64,000 nt of DNA from Mytilus californianus. Taxonomy: Eukaryota. Below are positions 25,296 through 37,879 of this stretch, in pieces. The position numbers were made by a program, and so were the translations under genes. Position 1 is the stretch's first letter, and each line of letters starts with the position of its first letter. The stretch covers positions 60,388,001-60,452,000 of the forward strand of contig NW_026262745.1 of NCBI RefSeq assembly GCF_021869535.1. The letters are read 5' to 3'. Under the pieces are notes generated by a model. That model had not been told where the DNA came from and made no database searches. It worked only from the letters and a program-made list of their open reading frames with translations.

Positions 25296-27251
25296 TTACA
25301 ACAAGTTCATAAGTGTAAGTTTTTTTACAGAAGTATTACATCTTTGATTTGGCCCTATTTTAAATGACTGCAGAAATGCATGTCGGACGGATTCAATGTC
25401 TCCTAATAATTGTAAAGCAATTCCAAGAATAGTGTAGGCGTCAGATTGAAACATTACATAATTTTCAATTAAAAAAGTTTTCTGCTATAACAAGGTGCAA
25501 AGTTTGGATGGAATCCTGACATTGTCCGACATCATTTAGATGATAATGACATAAAAAGTTTAGAAAATAAGCATAAACTATAGAGGAAATAAAATATATT
25601 CCATTTTACACTTCCATTTGTAGTTCATTTTGGTATTAACCAAGAGTTTCTTGTAAATTTCATATGATCTATACGTATTATTTTCCACAATTGTACAATA
25701 CTTGTTCTTTCGAATAATTGCGAATCGGGCAATCGGACTCGAGTATCTGACATATCCTTGTCGCAAATTAGTTTTTCATCAGTAAATTTCAATATAGAAT
25801 AAGCAATGATGTGTAACGCATTACTATATTGTTTTGACTTATAGAAAAACGATGCTATCATCAGCCATCCAGATAACGCGTCATGATGAGTATTCTGTAG
25901 CAGAGTACAAAGACAGGAATTATACAGTTTGTAATGGTGTTTTTTTTTACTACTATTCGTACTGTGCAATGGAATAGACTGTGCATTTTGTCCAAACAAC
26001 AATGACATGTAGTATGTATAAAAGTGTTTTACTGGTGGTTGGTAACAGGAAACTATCCCGTGCATTCCTCTTTTGTATGCATTAGTGTCCCATTTAACTT
26101 CAATCGTTGCATTTGCCAAACATGATAGTTCTGAATTAAGTGTTTTTGCAACCTCGACAGTATGCAGTGTTTGTGGTTCAATTTGAACCATCCACATTGA
26201 TACATGAAAGTTAGATAATTGATCTGAAAATAAGATGCATCGCCATCCGTAACTATGCAGGGTATACAATTTCTCTAACAATATTTTGCGAGCGAGTCCC
26301 TCTATTTTGTTCTCAAACATGTTGTTCTCTGATATGAAGTAATGTAAACAAACTGAATAGTAAACACAATATATCAGTCTGCTAAAACATCTCATGAAAC
26401 AATGTATGAGATTTTCAGGTTCCCATATTGATTGCAGTAATTCTTCTGATATCCAGAATATAATTGTTTTCAAGAAATATGAACAGAGTAAATCTTCACA
26501 TTTGGTGTAAGTTACTATAACATCTTTCAAAAGAATTTTCAGGAGGGCATAACATATTAATTGAGTGTGTGTAAAAGTATTTATTAGGAATTTTTCACCA
26601 ACAGAAAAAGAAATTCGCCATTCTATAACCTCTTTTGGCGATTCCTTCACTCCCACCGGTACAAAAAGTACACTGTGTTTTAAAATACTTTGTTTGACAT
26701 TATAACTTGGCCATGTGTGACTTGATCTTGTTATCCACTGTGATGCTTGTGATACCCATTTTGTTCAATGTAAGCTCATGGCATTATCAAACTTTCCTGC
26801 TTTGTCAGCTATACATGGTCCATGGAAAACACTATCTGTATTACTCAAGAGCATTTGTTTGAATAATGCGCTCGTAATGTGTCCCATTAAGTTCCACAAA
26901 GCATTTATACGGAAATAGAGAATTCTTTTTTTCCTCTATCAACTTAGTGAAACCTGCTTTTACATCATCTGTTTCCATTGATAAATATATACCATTTGAA
27001 ATGTAAACCGGTTTAATGTCTTCATCAATCATAAAGTGTTTATTTACAAGCATTATATCTAAATCACTACCTCTCATCTCAAGGCCTTCTCCAAAACTTC
27101 TGCTTGAGATAGTGAGATTAAACTTGTCGCTTGTCACATTATCCCTGACAGCATTCATCAGTCTCAGATTTTTATACATGATTCTCTGATCCAACTATGT
27201 TCTGACACATATAACAATACAGTGCTAATGATATGGTTTTTGTTGCTGAGT
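25296..27251 (-). pseudogene. cGLR paralogue 2, main exon, multiply disabled
   Basis: Collinear with paralogues 1 and 3. Lesions: +1 frameshift near 27170, G>R in the GS loop (SSRSFGEG, 27099-27101), 5-nt deletion near 26876, TGA at 26765-26767, +1 near 25630, TAA at 25606-25608 and a further frameshift. Acceptor tttatttcag ends at 27252. Confidence 0.92.
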
Positions 27252-29335
27252 CTGAAATAAACAAGAAATCAATAAAATGATATTCATAATAGGAAATGAA
27301 ATACATTTTTCACTATTTTAATGTTAAAATAGAACTACTATTGCAATTTAGCTTCAATGAGTAGTTGCGATCTCAATTTATCTTAAAAATGGATGATCAA
27401 TTCACAATGATCATTTGTGATACTGATTTAATGGTGAAATTTTATACTACCCGACCGTTTAATAAAACTGTCATTATAACGAGTAATATTTGTTCTCGTT
27501 TGAAATAAGTCGAACATCTTTTATATATATCAGAAAGCAAACAACTATGAAATCTTGAGAGAACAGCATCTTCCTGCTCACATCCAAGTAGTAGTATTTT
27601 CGATTGATCATTTTATATTTTGCAAGTTAGTGTGTTAGTTTTTTAACGAACCTTAAATGACTTAAATAGTCCTTATGAGGCATCCACTGCGTAGTGCAGA
27701 GTACCAAATATGAGGAGTTCTTGTATCCTATGAAACAAGTCTACTAAACTATCGATAATAAAATACGATTGATATTATGATGGTCAATAAAGCAACAATC
27801 AACAAGAATAAAGACAAAATGGTAAATATTAAAGTACGATATATATATCTATATACTAGTATACTGATATCGTAAAGTAAGCGTTTTGACAAAACGTTGT
27901 GTAAAGCAAAAGATAAAATTAATTAAAATAGAATAACACAGACCGAGGTAAATGACAAGCACTGAATAACAAACTCCTGACGTTTCGTAACATAACAAGA
28001 AGAACATGTTGGAGATGAACATGTTTGTGAACCTGTCCCTCTTACATGTGACTAGTACAAATCTTTTGCAATAGATAATTCATGTATTAACCGCATTCTG
28101 TGACAGCGGTGTAACAACATAAAATAAAACCAGTATGTAAAACAGGATGGAAAGGGCTTGGCTGAACGTGATGTTTACCAAGCACATAAGAAAATAACAA
28201 CATTTAATATAAAAAGTACATAATTTACCGAGGTATGAGTAGTAACAGTTAAAAATCATAGTTTGTCCTTTTCATTACTATTTTGTCAAAAAGTTTGAAA
28301 AAACAAATTAAGACACGTAAATTATCACTTATATTATTTGTTTTATCACAATATCTTTTATGAATTTACAATGTGGGCTATTTTCATTTCGAGGTTTTGG
28401 TCCTGCATGGTATACAGTTTTGTACTTCATTTGGCGTTTAAACTGTTTTGATTGGAGCACCGAAAAGTTATATGTAGACGAAACGCGCGTCTATCATACA
28501 AAATATCAGCGTTGTATCTTTGATTAGTTTTTTAACATTGCAAATTCATGTTGAGGTGAGATATTTCTTCGGGAGGCCACTGTGGAGGACCGCCACGAAT
28601 TATTGAATACAGCAAAGGTATGCGTGTTAAATACAATTTTGACGATTCTATATGCATAATGATTATATTGGGACAGACAACCGCGGAATAAAATAGACAT
28701 CAAACTTCGCAACAGATGGTCATTTTACGAACGTATATGTTGAGTACCTTGTGTAATATACAAGCATGTTAGTTAGCGGTCGGTTTGTTTTTCGTTGTTT
28801 CATATGAGACAGATGAAGTGCAGCCAGCAGATTGATCGATATATAAAATTTCACAGAATAAAAGTAGAGTAAAATGATACTAAGAAGATTACGCTCATAG
28901 GTGCAGAATTCATGAAACAGTATGATAGTAAACATAATCCGTTATTGGGACATTTAGTTAAAACAGTTTCTTATTTTTTAGTCCTTTGTAAAAACTAAAA
29001 ATAATAAATAATCGCAAAATACAATTAATTATTACATATTTGAGGCCAGTTATAAGCTGTTATCTTGTGTAAATAAGTATATACATCGAATATTTCTAGT
29101 GTTTACTATTGATGTTAGCACCAGATAAAATCATAATATGTTGATTTATAATGTGATGTTATAATTCGAGTCACAAGTCTTATGTAGATTTTATTATTCG
29201 GATGCTAGTGTGCTAATTATGAGAAACGTTCACATTTCCAAAATGAATTGCCTCAAATGTTTTTTTTTGTTAGTTACTAGTTGCCGAATACAATTAGAAC
29301 ATTTCTTAGTTAAATATATGTCTGAATTTTCTCAC

Positions 29336-29342
29336 CTTCCAT
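29336..29342 (-). pseudogene. Candidate 7-nt first coding exon of cGLR paralogue 2 (ATG GAA G, giving M-E-D-S-A-T-K)
   Basis: Minus strand reads aaacag-actagagaaa-ATGGAAG|gtgaga: a good donor, phase 1 matching the acceptor at 27251, and the conserved aacag-N10-ATG spacing. Confidence 0.65.
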
Positions 29343-29789
29343 TTTCTCTAGTCTGTTTAGGTTTGATGTGATTCGACGGGATAAAGTATTTATGATATTT
29401 TCTTTGTCCGCATAAAAACACAATATGTCATTGTCCTGGTTAGAATGACCTAATTAAGAAAATTACTTTAGTATCAATAATATTTAGTTTCAGTTTATAG
29501 TTTAAATTGCATTGCTTTTTGGCTTTTCATATCGGTATATCGTTTCAAAACGTTTCTATCTTCTACAATTTGAAACCTAGTATGAGTTTAAATCATAATA
29601 TCGCAATAATCTAAACTCGCATTTTGAAATATTTTATATGAATGAAACAGGATTTTTCTCAATATCGCATGATTAAAAAATGAGAAATGAAAATGAAATT
29701 TGAACTGTGGAAAAATAAATATATTATTCGTGTGCTAATTAATTTTATCCTTTTCTTTCTTGTCCACTAGTTCTTAGTAAAATATAAAA

Positions 29790-30500
29790 TCACAAAAATA
29801 CTGAACTTCGTGGAAAATTCAAAACGGAAAGTCCCTAATCAAATGGTAAAATCAAAAGCCCAAACACATCAAACGAATGGATAACAACTGTCATATTCCT
29901 GACTTGTTACAGGCATTTTCCTATGTAGAAAATGGTGGATTGAACCTGGTTTTATAGCTAGCTAAACCTCTCACTTGTATGACAGTTTCATCTAATTCCA
30001 TTATATTGACAACGATGCGTGAACAAAACAAACAGACATAATAGGTAAAAATGTCAAAAATACAGCAGTCAATATTATTTTGTGTTGTGTTATCATCTTA
30101 ATCACTAAAAAAAACATACAAATATGTAACAAAGAAGCACAAAATGGCATATAGACCAAGCATATTAGCAAAAATTAAAGACAAGAATACATAGATTTAC
30201 CATAGTACAATAACACAATGATGGGATGTATAAGTACAAAGCCACGTCATATATGTAACGAAGAAACATAAAAAAGCACACAGACAAAGCACATAGCAAA
30301 AATGAAAGACAAGCAACAAACAAGTTTTCGAAGTAACACCAAAAGGCATATAGACAAAGCACATTAGCAAAAACGAAAAACAAGAATACGAGAATATCAT
30401 AAACAATAATGATAGGATGTACAAGTACCACAAGTATCTTAATAGCAATAAAAACAAACAAATATTTTACAAAGAAGCACGAAAAGGCATATATCAAATA
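29790..30500 (+). mobile_element. Common interspersed repeat (Helitron/Helentron-like) with internal sub-repeats
   Basis: aaaatcacaaaaatactgaact...ggaaaattcaaaacggaaagtccc start, also seen inverted at 32140-32195 and 36530-36580. Internal tatgtaacaaagaagcac...catattagcaaaaa repeats produce the spurious ORFs at 30165 and 30197. Confidence 0.7.
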
Positions 30501-30747
30501 TCAAATAATGCATGCCTATTTGCTTTCTGTAGACATTTTCTTTTCTTTTGTGTGATAGAAAGAATTGAAATATTTCCATCTTTCAAATAATAGATATACC
30601 AAAAATTCGTTATCTATCTTATAAAACGAATACGGAATGATAATACCGACAAGGCTTAATTAAATATTAATGTCATTGAACGGGTTTGTTTTTATGTACT
30701 ATTTATTCTACTTCGAATTCAATATAAAAACTTACAAAAATCTGTAT

Positions 30748-31840
30748 GATACTATTTACATCAGCAATAGATGGTCAAACATACGTTTGAGCTGGAGACA
30801 AAAGAAAGAGAGAAAGTAAGAGTGTAAAAAAAGTTTAAATGGCTACAAATGTGCATAATTGCTAAATAAAATTGACCTGTGAAAAAAATGCTATGGTAAA
30901 TTGATACGAGTTGATTCATGTACATTTTCAAAGACGTGTTGCATGTGGGATTTTAATATAATTTGTCCTGTGATCATTGATCACGTCCGTCCATTGTTCA
31001 TAAAGGACAATGAAAATGGGATTTTCAACTAAGATGTATTTCCATTTATTGATGTTACAAATAAAATACTAGTCATATTGAATTATTTCAATTCAAAAAT
31101 GATTTGCGTGTAAAAGTACAGAGCCACGTCATATTTATAAAAGAAACACGACAAGGCATATTGACACAGCACATTAGCAAAAATGAAAGACAGAACTTGT
31201 ACTGTTTGTATTGGAGTTTATTATTTATTTTCATATTGTTCAATGGTATACACTAAGCACTTGATGTACACTTCATGGACATGGAGTATGCATATGTGGA
31301 TTGTATTGAAGATTCGTTACAAGAAACTATCTGTTGTATTCCTCTACGGGATGTTATCCTGTCACTGTCAACTCTGAATAAATGTCATTGACTATCCATT
31401 CTTCTTCAAATTTGAAATAAAAGCTGACGCAAATCTAATTAGATACTATTTAACATCAGCAAATAGATAATCAAACATGCTTTTGAATTGTTTTGCAGTA
31501 GTCATTTTGGGGCCCTTTTTCTGACTTGAATAGAGAGTTGTCTCATTGGCACTCATACCACATTTTCTTATATTTATTTTAAACTGGAGGCAATAGGAAG
31601 AGAGAGATTCAGAAAAGATTTATGGCTATAAATGGGGGCTTTAACAAGAAATGACTGGTGGAAAAAGTGCTATTGTTAATTCATGCGAGTTAATTCAAGT
31701 ACATTTTTAAAGAACTATTCCATTTAATTTAATTTGTCCTGTGGTTATTGATCATGTCCATCAATTGTTCAGAGAGGACAATGAAAATTAGATTTTCAAT
31801 TATAGATGTATTTCTATCTATTAATGTTATTAATATAAGA
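30748..31840. repeat. Diverged tandem duplication (30748-31070 and 31442-31840) bracketing the cGLR relic
   Basis: tactattt(ta)acatcagcaa...tgtcctgtg(a/g)t(c/t)attgatca...ggacaatgaaaat...gatgtatttc occurs twice; the second copy has an inserted repeat near 31490-31580. Confidence 0.75.
31196..31345 (-). pseudogene. Relic fragment of a fourth cGLR copy (post-Mab-21 linker region)
   Basis: ttgtactgtttgtattggagtttattatt...aagaaactatctgttgtattcctc aligns to 6513-6659 and 34553-34692. It translates RGIQQIVSCNESSIQSTYAYSMSMKC, with a stop and a frameshift. Confidence 0.8.
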
Positions 31841-33102
31841 TTTACGGAAATACAGCATGGTTTTTTTACATTAATTTAGTCGATTAGGCATTAGGTAATA
31901 GCAAAGTATCCTTTTTGGAAAACGTAAAACATCCTGTTTCAGTTCTTAATGGTTTTTAACTAATTTCGATTAGTTTTGTAGACGTTTTTTGAGGTTTGTA
32001 ATGTAGGAATGGACATATGCTTAAGAAAAATCTAAATTCTACCACTAATTAAACATGATAAAGTTCTGAACTTCCTTGTTTTTTATATAAAAAACTGAGT
32101 TACGGTTAACCCAAACATTTAAGCCCATACGAAATCAGACTTACGTGATTTAGGACTTTCCGTTTTGAATTTTCCTCGGAGTTCAGTATTTTTGTGATTT
32201 TATTTTCTTAAATTGAGAGGTAACAGATTGACACCTTTTGAAAATCGATATGCACGAATAAGATTTGTGTCTGTAGAACCCTTTTTATTTCTTCATTGAA
32301 TAGCTAATTTCATAAAATTTAAGACATATCTGGTCATTTAAACAGTGTTATAAGAAATACTAGTTAGTACAAATATCTGTCTATTGGTGACTATTTATTG
32401 TAATTATTGAAAACACTGGGAAGTTGATCAGTTTTCATTGTAATTTTTTCTTTCACCTTTACTGTAATCATTTTACCCTGTACCATTTGAATTTCAATCT
32501 TATTATAAAATTTTTTTTCAATATGAAGACGACAGCATAAAGTTTGTATTCAAAATGTTTTTTTTATTTTCAACAAGACTATATTTATTCGAACGTTTAA
32601 ACTGATATCTCGCGTGTAAGCACTGTTTATGCAACCAACTGCATAATGCCTCTATCTGTGCGGTATCTGCGAAACAGTCCAATTTACACTCAAATGTGGC
32701 CGCTTTTATAAATTTAAATGGTGGTTTGAAATATTAGATTCCAGATGAATGTTCAAATCTCATCTCGATGTTTAATGAGAAGACTCATAGTTCTAAATTA
32801 TGCACGAAAAAGCTAATATTTTATTGCAAATTCGTTGCTCATTATTTCATGTCAACTATTAAAATTCTGGTAGATAATTTTTAAGTGTTTTCCATTAAAT
32901 AATAGATTATGAGTCTACTCGGTTGTCATGCATTTTGCAGGCAATCATACTTTTACATGTCGACAGTTATTTGTTTGTGTACAATGTTCATTTTTTTTAA
33001 CAGTAAAGGAGGGCAAATATTATTACAGACTTAATTATTTGTTTTTCATTGTCTGTTTTATTCCTATTTCTATTGAATTGCTAACAACTTTTAAGACAAT
33101 TC

Positions 33103-33326
33103 TGTTAACCAACTAATTTTCTTGAGCGATTTATTTTCGCGTCTTTCGCGAGAAGAAAAATGACGCAGATATGAATCACCACGAATATGTTAAACTTCGA
33201 TCTAATTATATATTGATACATCAATTAAATTACAACATCGCAAAAATAAATCGTCGCGAAGAAGAATACTAGTAAAAACGGTTAAACTTGAAATAAAGAA
33301 GCCGCAAAAATAAGTCGGTTTACAGT
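33103..33326. mobile_element. Mariner-type MITE (CTGTAAACC...GGTTTACAG family), degenerate
   Basis: ctgttaaccaactaattttc ... aaaaataagtcggtttacag inverted ends with internal tcgcgaa repeats. Confidence 0.6.
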
Positions 33327-33916
33327 CGGCCGTTAGTTTTCTCGTTTAAATTATTTCAAATTTTACACGTCATTGTCCTTTATACATGACTATACTGTAT
33401 ATGGTTTTTCATTGTTAAAAGCCGTACAGTTACCTTTCATTGCTTTTATCGTCGTCAATTGAACACTGTCGGATAGTTGACCAATTAGCGGTCATACTAT
33501 ATCTCCTTATTTTTATTAATACATTGACATTAACATTTGTGGAGTAATGCGAAATAATAAAACATATGCTAAATAACATGTCAAAAAGTCAATAAAAACC
33601 ATAAAAATTAAGAGGAAAAGTAGTTATCACCATTGCCTAAAAAAAAGACGAATATCAAAACACTCCATTGAAAATTGAGTTGCAATTACTTCGCGAAAAC
33701 TAGTTGGTTTAAGTACTTAACGATTTTTTCATGGTTATATTATAAAGTAGTTATCGCATTTCCCGGAAAAATTAATAACAAAGATTTCATTAAAATTATG
33801 GTATTGCTGTTATACTAAAAAACACCTATATGTATCGAAATACCACTTTGAAATAGGCCTTTCCCCTACTATCTGCATTTACACTGCACATCTGTATATA
33901 TATATATATACATGTA

Positions 33917-35895
33917 TCACAACAAGTTTGAGTTCATTAACGAAAGTCGCTTTCCAGCAGCGTTGCATCTGTCGACTGGAAATAATTTAAATGACTGCAT
34001 GAAAGCTTGACGGGCGGATACTATGTCGCCAATCATCCGTAAAGTTATACCAAGAAGATTATAGGCTTCAGCTTCATCTGAACCGTTTATAAAATAGTTT
34101 GATGTGATAATCGATTTCAAATATTTGATGCAATTATGGCATTGTATGGTATTATTTTGATGATAATGACAAAGGAACTTAAGAAAATACGCATAAGCTA
34201 AAGATGGAAAACAAAATGATCCATATCCTAATTCTTCATCCATTTGTAGTTCATCTGGTATTAAAGCAGATGTCCTTTGAAAATGCAAAACATCTACATA
34301 TATTATTTTCCACAATTGAACAATACTTTTCTTCTGGAATGATTTCAGTTTGAGTAATTGGTGATGAATATCCGACATATCCATGAAGCGGCACAGTTTT
34401 TCGGGAGTACATTTTGATATAGAATACATAATGATGCGTAATGCTTTACGATATTGTTTTGCTTTACAGAAAAACGAAGCTAACATCAGCCATCCAGAAA
34501 CAGCGTCATGATAGATATTTTGTAGCAGAATACAAAGACAGGAATTATACAGTTTGTATTGGTGTTTATTACTTTTTCTAGTACTGTTCAGTGGAAAAAA
34601 TTGTGCGTATTGCGCACACCACAATGACATGTTGTATGTATATGCATATTTTAGTGAGGATTCGTCACAGGAAACTATCTGGTGTATTCCTCTTATGTAT
34701 ATATATGATAAATATGGTGTCCATACAAAAAAAGATATCATATCATTTGACAAATGTAATAATCTGGAATTCAGTGTTTTTTCAACATCGCTAATATGCA
34801 ATTCGTGAGGTTCAATCTGAACCATCCACATTGATGCATGAAAATTAGATAATTTATCTGAAAATAAAAGGCATCGCCAACCATAACTATGCAAGGTAAC
34901 TAGTTTTTGCAAAAGTATTTCACAATAACTCCCCTCTATTCTATTTTCAAACATGTTGTTTTCCGGAATAAAGTAATGAAACAAAGCTGAATACTCAACA
35001 CAATATATCAGCCTGCTAAAGCAACGCATAAAACAATGTATAAGATTGTCAGGTTTCCATACGGATAGTGGTAATTCCTCTGATATCCAGAACATAATTG
35101 TTTTCAAGAAATATGAACAGAGTAAATCTTTACATTCGGTGTCGGTTGCTATTAGATCTTTCAAAAGAATTTTTAATAGGGCATAGCATAATAATTGAGT
35201 GTGCGTGAATGTATTAATAAGAAATTTTTCGCCAACAGAAAAAGATATCCGCCATTCTATATCTTCTTTGGGTGATCCCTTAACTCCGACTGGTACAAAA
35301 AGTACTCCGTGTTTGATAATACTTTGTTTGACACAAGTCTTCGGCCATGAGTTCCGCGATCTTGTTATCCAAGGTACTGCTGGTGATATCCATTTTTTAC
35401 AATGTAAGCTCCTGGCATTGTCATACGTTCCGTCTGGGTCAGATACACAGGGTCCATGAACTACACTTTGTGTATTCCTCATAAGGTCTTCTTTATATAA
35501 TGTGCTCGAAAAATAATGTTTTCCATCAAGTTCTTCAATGTATTGGAATAAAAATTTACTATTACCTTGTAGTAGCAACTGAGTGAAACCAGGTTTTACA
35601 TCATCTGTGTCCATCGAAAAATATACAACCCTTAAATTAAAAGGCTTTTTTATATCATGTATATCTTCACAAACCTCAATGAATTTAAATACATACATCA
35701 TATCTAAATCACTACCTCTCATCTCAAGCCCTTCACCAAAACTCCCACTTGTGATCTGGGTACGGAGCTCGTCGCTTACCACACTATCTCTGATAGTATG
35801 CAGTAGTCTCATTGTGTTAACATGACGTTCTGTTCCAACTATGGTCTTGCACAAAAAACGATAAAGTGCTTTTGATGTGTTTGTTGTAACAGTAT
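33917..35895 (-). CDS. cGLR paralogue 3 (cGAS-like receptor, Mab-21 NTase + TPR tail), main coding exon, intact
   Basis: Open frame with TSGSFGEGLEMRGSDLDMM (catalytic DxD), YDNARSL (third acidic residue), WRISFSVGEKFL, LCSYFLKTIMFW, HYFIPENNMF and two TPR-consensus helix pairs. Acceptor tttattttag ends at 35896. 1979 nt plus the 7-nt exon gives 662 codons. Confidence 0.93.
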
Positions 35896-37370
35896 CTAAA
35901 ATAAACATAAAACTGATAAAATGATTTATTAATAAATTAAATACAATGTTGACCGTTAACACTTTTAAGCTTCATTGAATTGTTATTATAATAGTAAATA
36001 AGCTTAAATGTGGATGAGTTGTTGCGATGCCAATTTAACTTAAATGTCTATAAATATTTGCTATGGCTTTTTTTTTGGTTGTTATAAAACAATGCAAATA
36101 AACATTTCAAAAGAGAGCCAGAAGATACTAAAGGGTCATATATATGCAAACTCATACGTCGAAAACAGACCCACAAAGCAATGGAAACAAGACAAAAACA
36201 AACGATTAACAGTCTACAAACGCTAGAAAAAAAAACTATAAAGATAGAATAACACGAATCCCACCAAAACAGGGGGCTCTCATGGATTTCAGAATGGTAG
36301 TTGGATCTTGCTCCACATGTTGCACTGCTAAAATCTTGGAAACTTAAGACGACTGTAATGTCTCTAAATCTTATATTGCAACCTAAGGGTAATATCAGTA
36401 TACAGTTGGGAGGTTCACCTAGCTTTAGGTTAAACTCACCATAATCTTCAGAAAATACATGTACTAAGTCAAGAATATGACAGTAGTTTCTATTCGTTAC
36501 GTTGGTTGTTAACGTTTGATTTTGTCAGCTTTTATAGACTTTCACTTTTTTAATTCACCTTGGAGTTCAGTGATTTTGCTTTACTTTATTATCGACAAAT
36601 AATGTCTTGCGAAATTCTGAATTATCGGTATATGGAAATAAATTAATTGTTTTCCAACGTTATAGTAGTTACATGTATATAAAGTGCTTGCGTTTCAATT
36701 GCAGTCCTATTAAGAGGAGAGGGAAATTACCTAAATGGGCAAGAAAAGAAAAGAAATCATTTTTGTCCGAATGATCATATTATATGTTATATTGATCAAA
36801 TTGTATGATTCGATTATAACCCATTGGCTAGTGATAATGTCATTTTAAGGCGTAACATTTGAACATTTTTGAAAAACTTGAACATCTTTTTTTTTTAAAC
36901 AGGTCAAATATATAATCACGACTGAAGTTCTGAAAATATTTTTCTGCTAAGTTGAAGTATTTTCGACTGACAACCTCATATTTCTCAAGGTCGGGTCTTA
37001 GTTTTCTAAAAACCTCTAAATACTTGTAACTGTCCTTATGGGACATTCACGTAAACTGCAGATTGCTCTAATGAGGAGTTTAGGTCATATTCAGGAGCGT
37101 ATCAAGTATTTTTGAAAGAGGGTCGTTATCCCAAAAAGCTGAGGAAATGCCGACGAGCGGATCGAGGAGGATACAAAATGTGGGCGATTTTATGCCCAAC
37201 ATTGTTCAGTTTTGAATCAATAGAGGGTACATGTATAACACCCCCCCCCCAAAAAAAAAAACCAAAAAAAAACCCAAACCCACGTATCCACCACTAATGT
37301 TCTTCTAGAGTTAAAAATATTACATTTTGTAAATTTATAACGTTTATAACGTGAAATATTTATCAAGTAT

Positions 37371-37765
37371 GGACTTTTGACGTCAATACGTTGTATATGG
37401 ACCTGTTCAGATTATATTGACCGAGGACGAAAAATTGGAAAAGCGTTTTATGTTATTGTGGAGACACTGTTTGGCAGCCGCTCGCCCGTCCGCCCGTTCT
37501 CCCGCCCGACCGCCGTACGTCCCTAAATCAATAATCGATATTTCCTTTGATAATCCGGTTAAAAATACGCAGAAAGAACATTGAACGCCATATTCCTAAA
37601 TTAAATACATTATTTACATATTTAATATATAAATTAAAGACTTTCACTCAATACGTTATAATATATATGGACCTGTTAGATTATATTGACATTTGGACTT
37701 CGTCCTCGGTCAATATAATCTGAACAGGTCCATATATATAACGTATTGACCTCGTCAAAAGTCCA
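37371..37765. mobile_element. MITE with ~60-bp TIRs and an extra internal TIR copy forming a hairpin at 37668-37735
   Basis: ggacttttgacg...atatggacctgttcagattatattgaccgaggacgaa is the inverse of ttcgtcctcggtcaatataatctgaacaggtccatat...cgtcaaaagtcc. Confidence 0.8.
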
Positions 37766-37879
37766 TAATTGGTAAACATATATCGTCAATATATTTAATA
37801 AACTGTTATAACAGAGACATGTACTCGCTTTTTTGTAATTTTGATTATGCAAATGTTGACCATAAAATAGCAATACTTA

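Noticed and set aside
28524-28935. GC-richer segment with donor-like sites and two short ORFs in cGLR2 intron
   Set aside because: No frame gives a recognisable protein or a consistent exon chain.
33434-33440. Another ATG AAA G|GT 7-nt micro-exon-like string
   Set aside because: Lies inside a common interspersed repeat, lacks the AACAG-N10 context and has no matching downstream exon.
34554-35825. Plus-strand ORFs overlapping cGLR exons (also 6577-6765) and minus ORF 61264-61479
   Set aside because: Antisense shadows of real coding exons with no recognisable motifs.
35896-35962. ORF-track N-termini of the cGLR ORFs (MLTVNIVF... and MTNYFINF... at 7831-7867)
   Set aside because: They are polypyrimidine tracts ending in AG at the same position in all three copies; homology starts after the acceptor.
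36840-37297. ORF MSHKDSYKYLEVFRK... (minus) and KEGRYPKKL... (plus, faintly integrase-like)
   Set aside because: Short, intronic, no diagnostic motif or supportable exon structure; a BLASTX hit would be needed.
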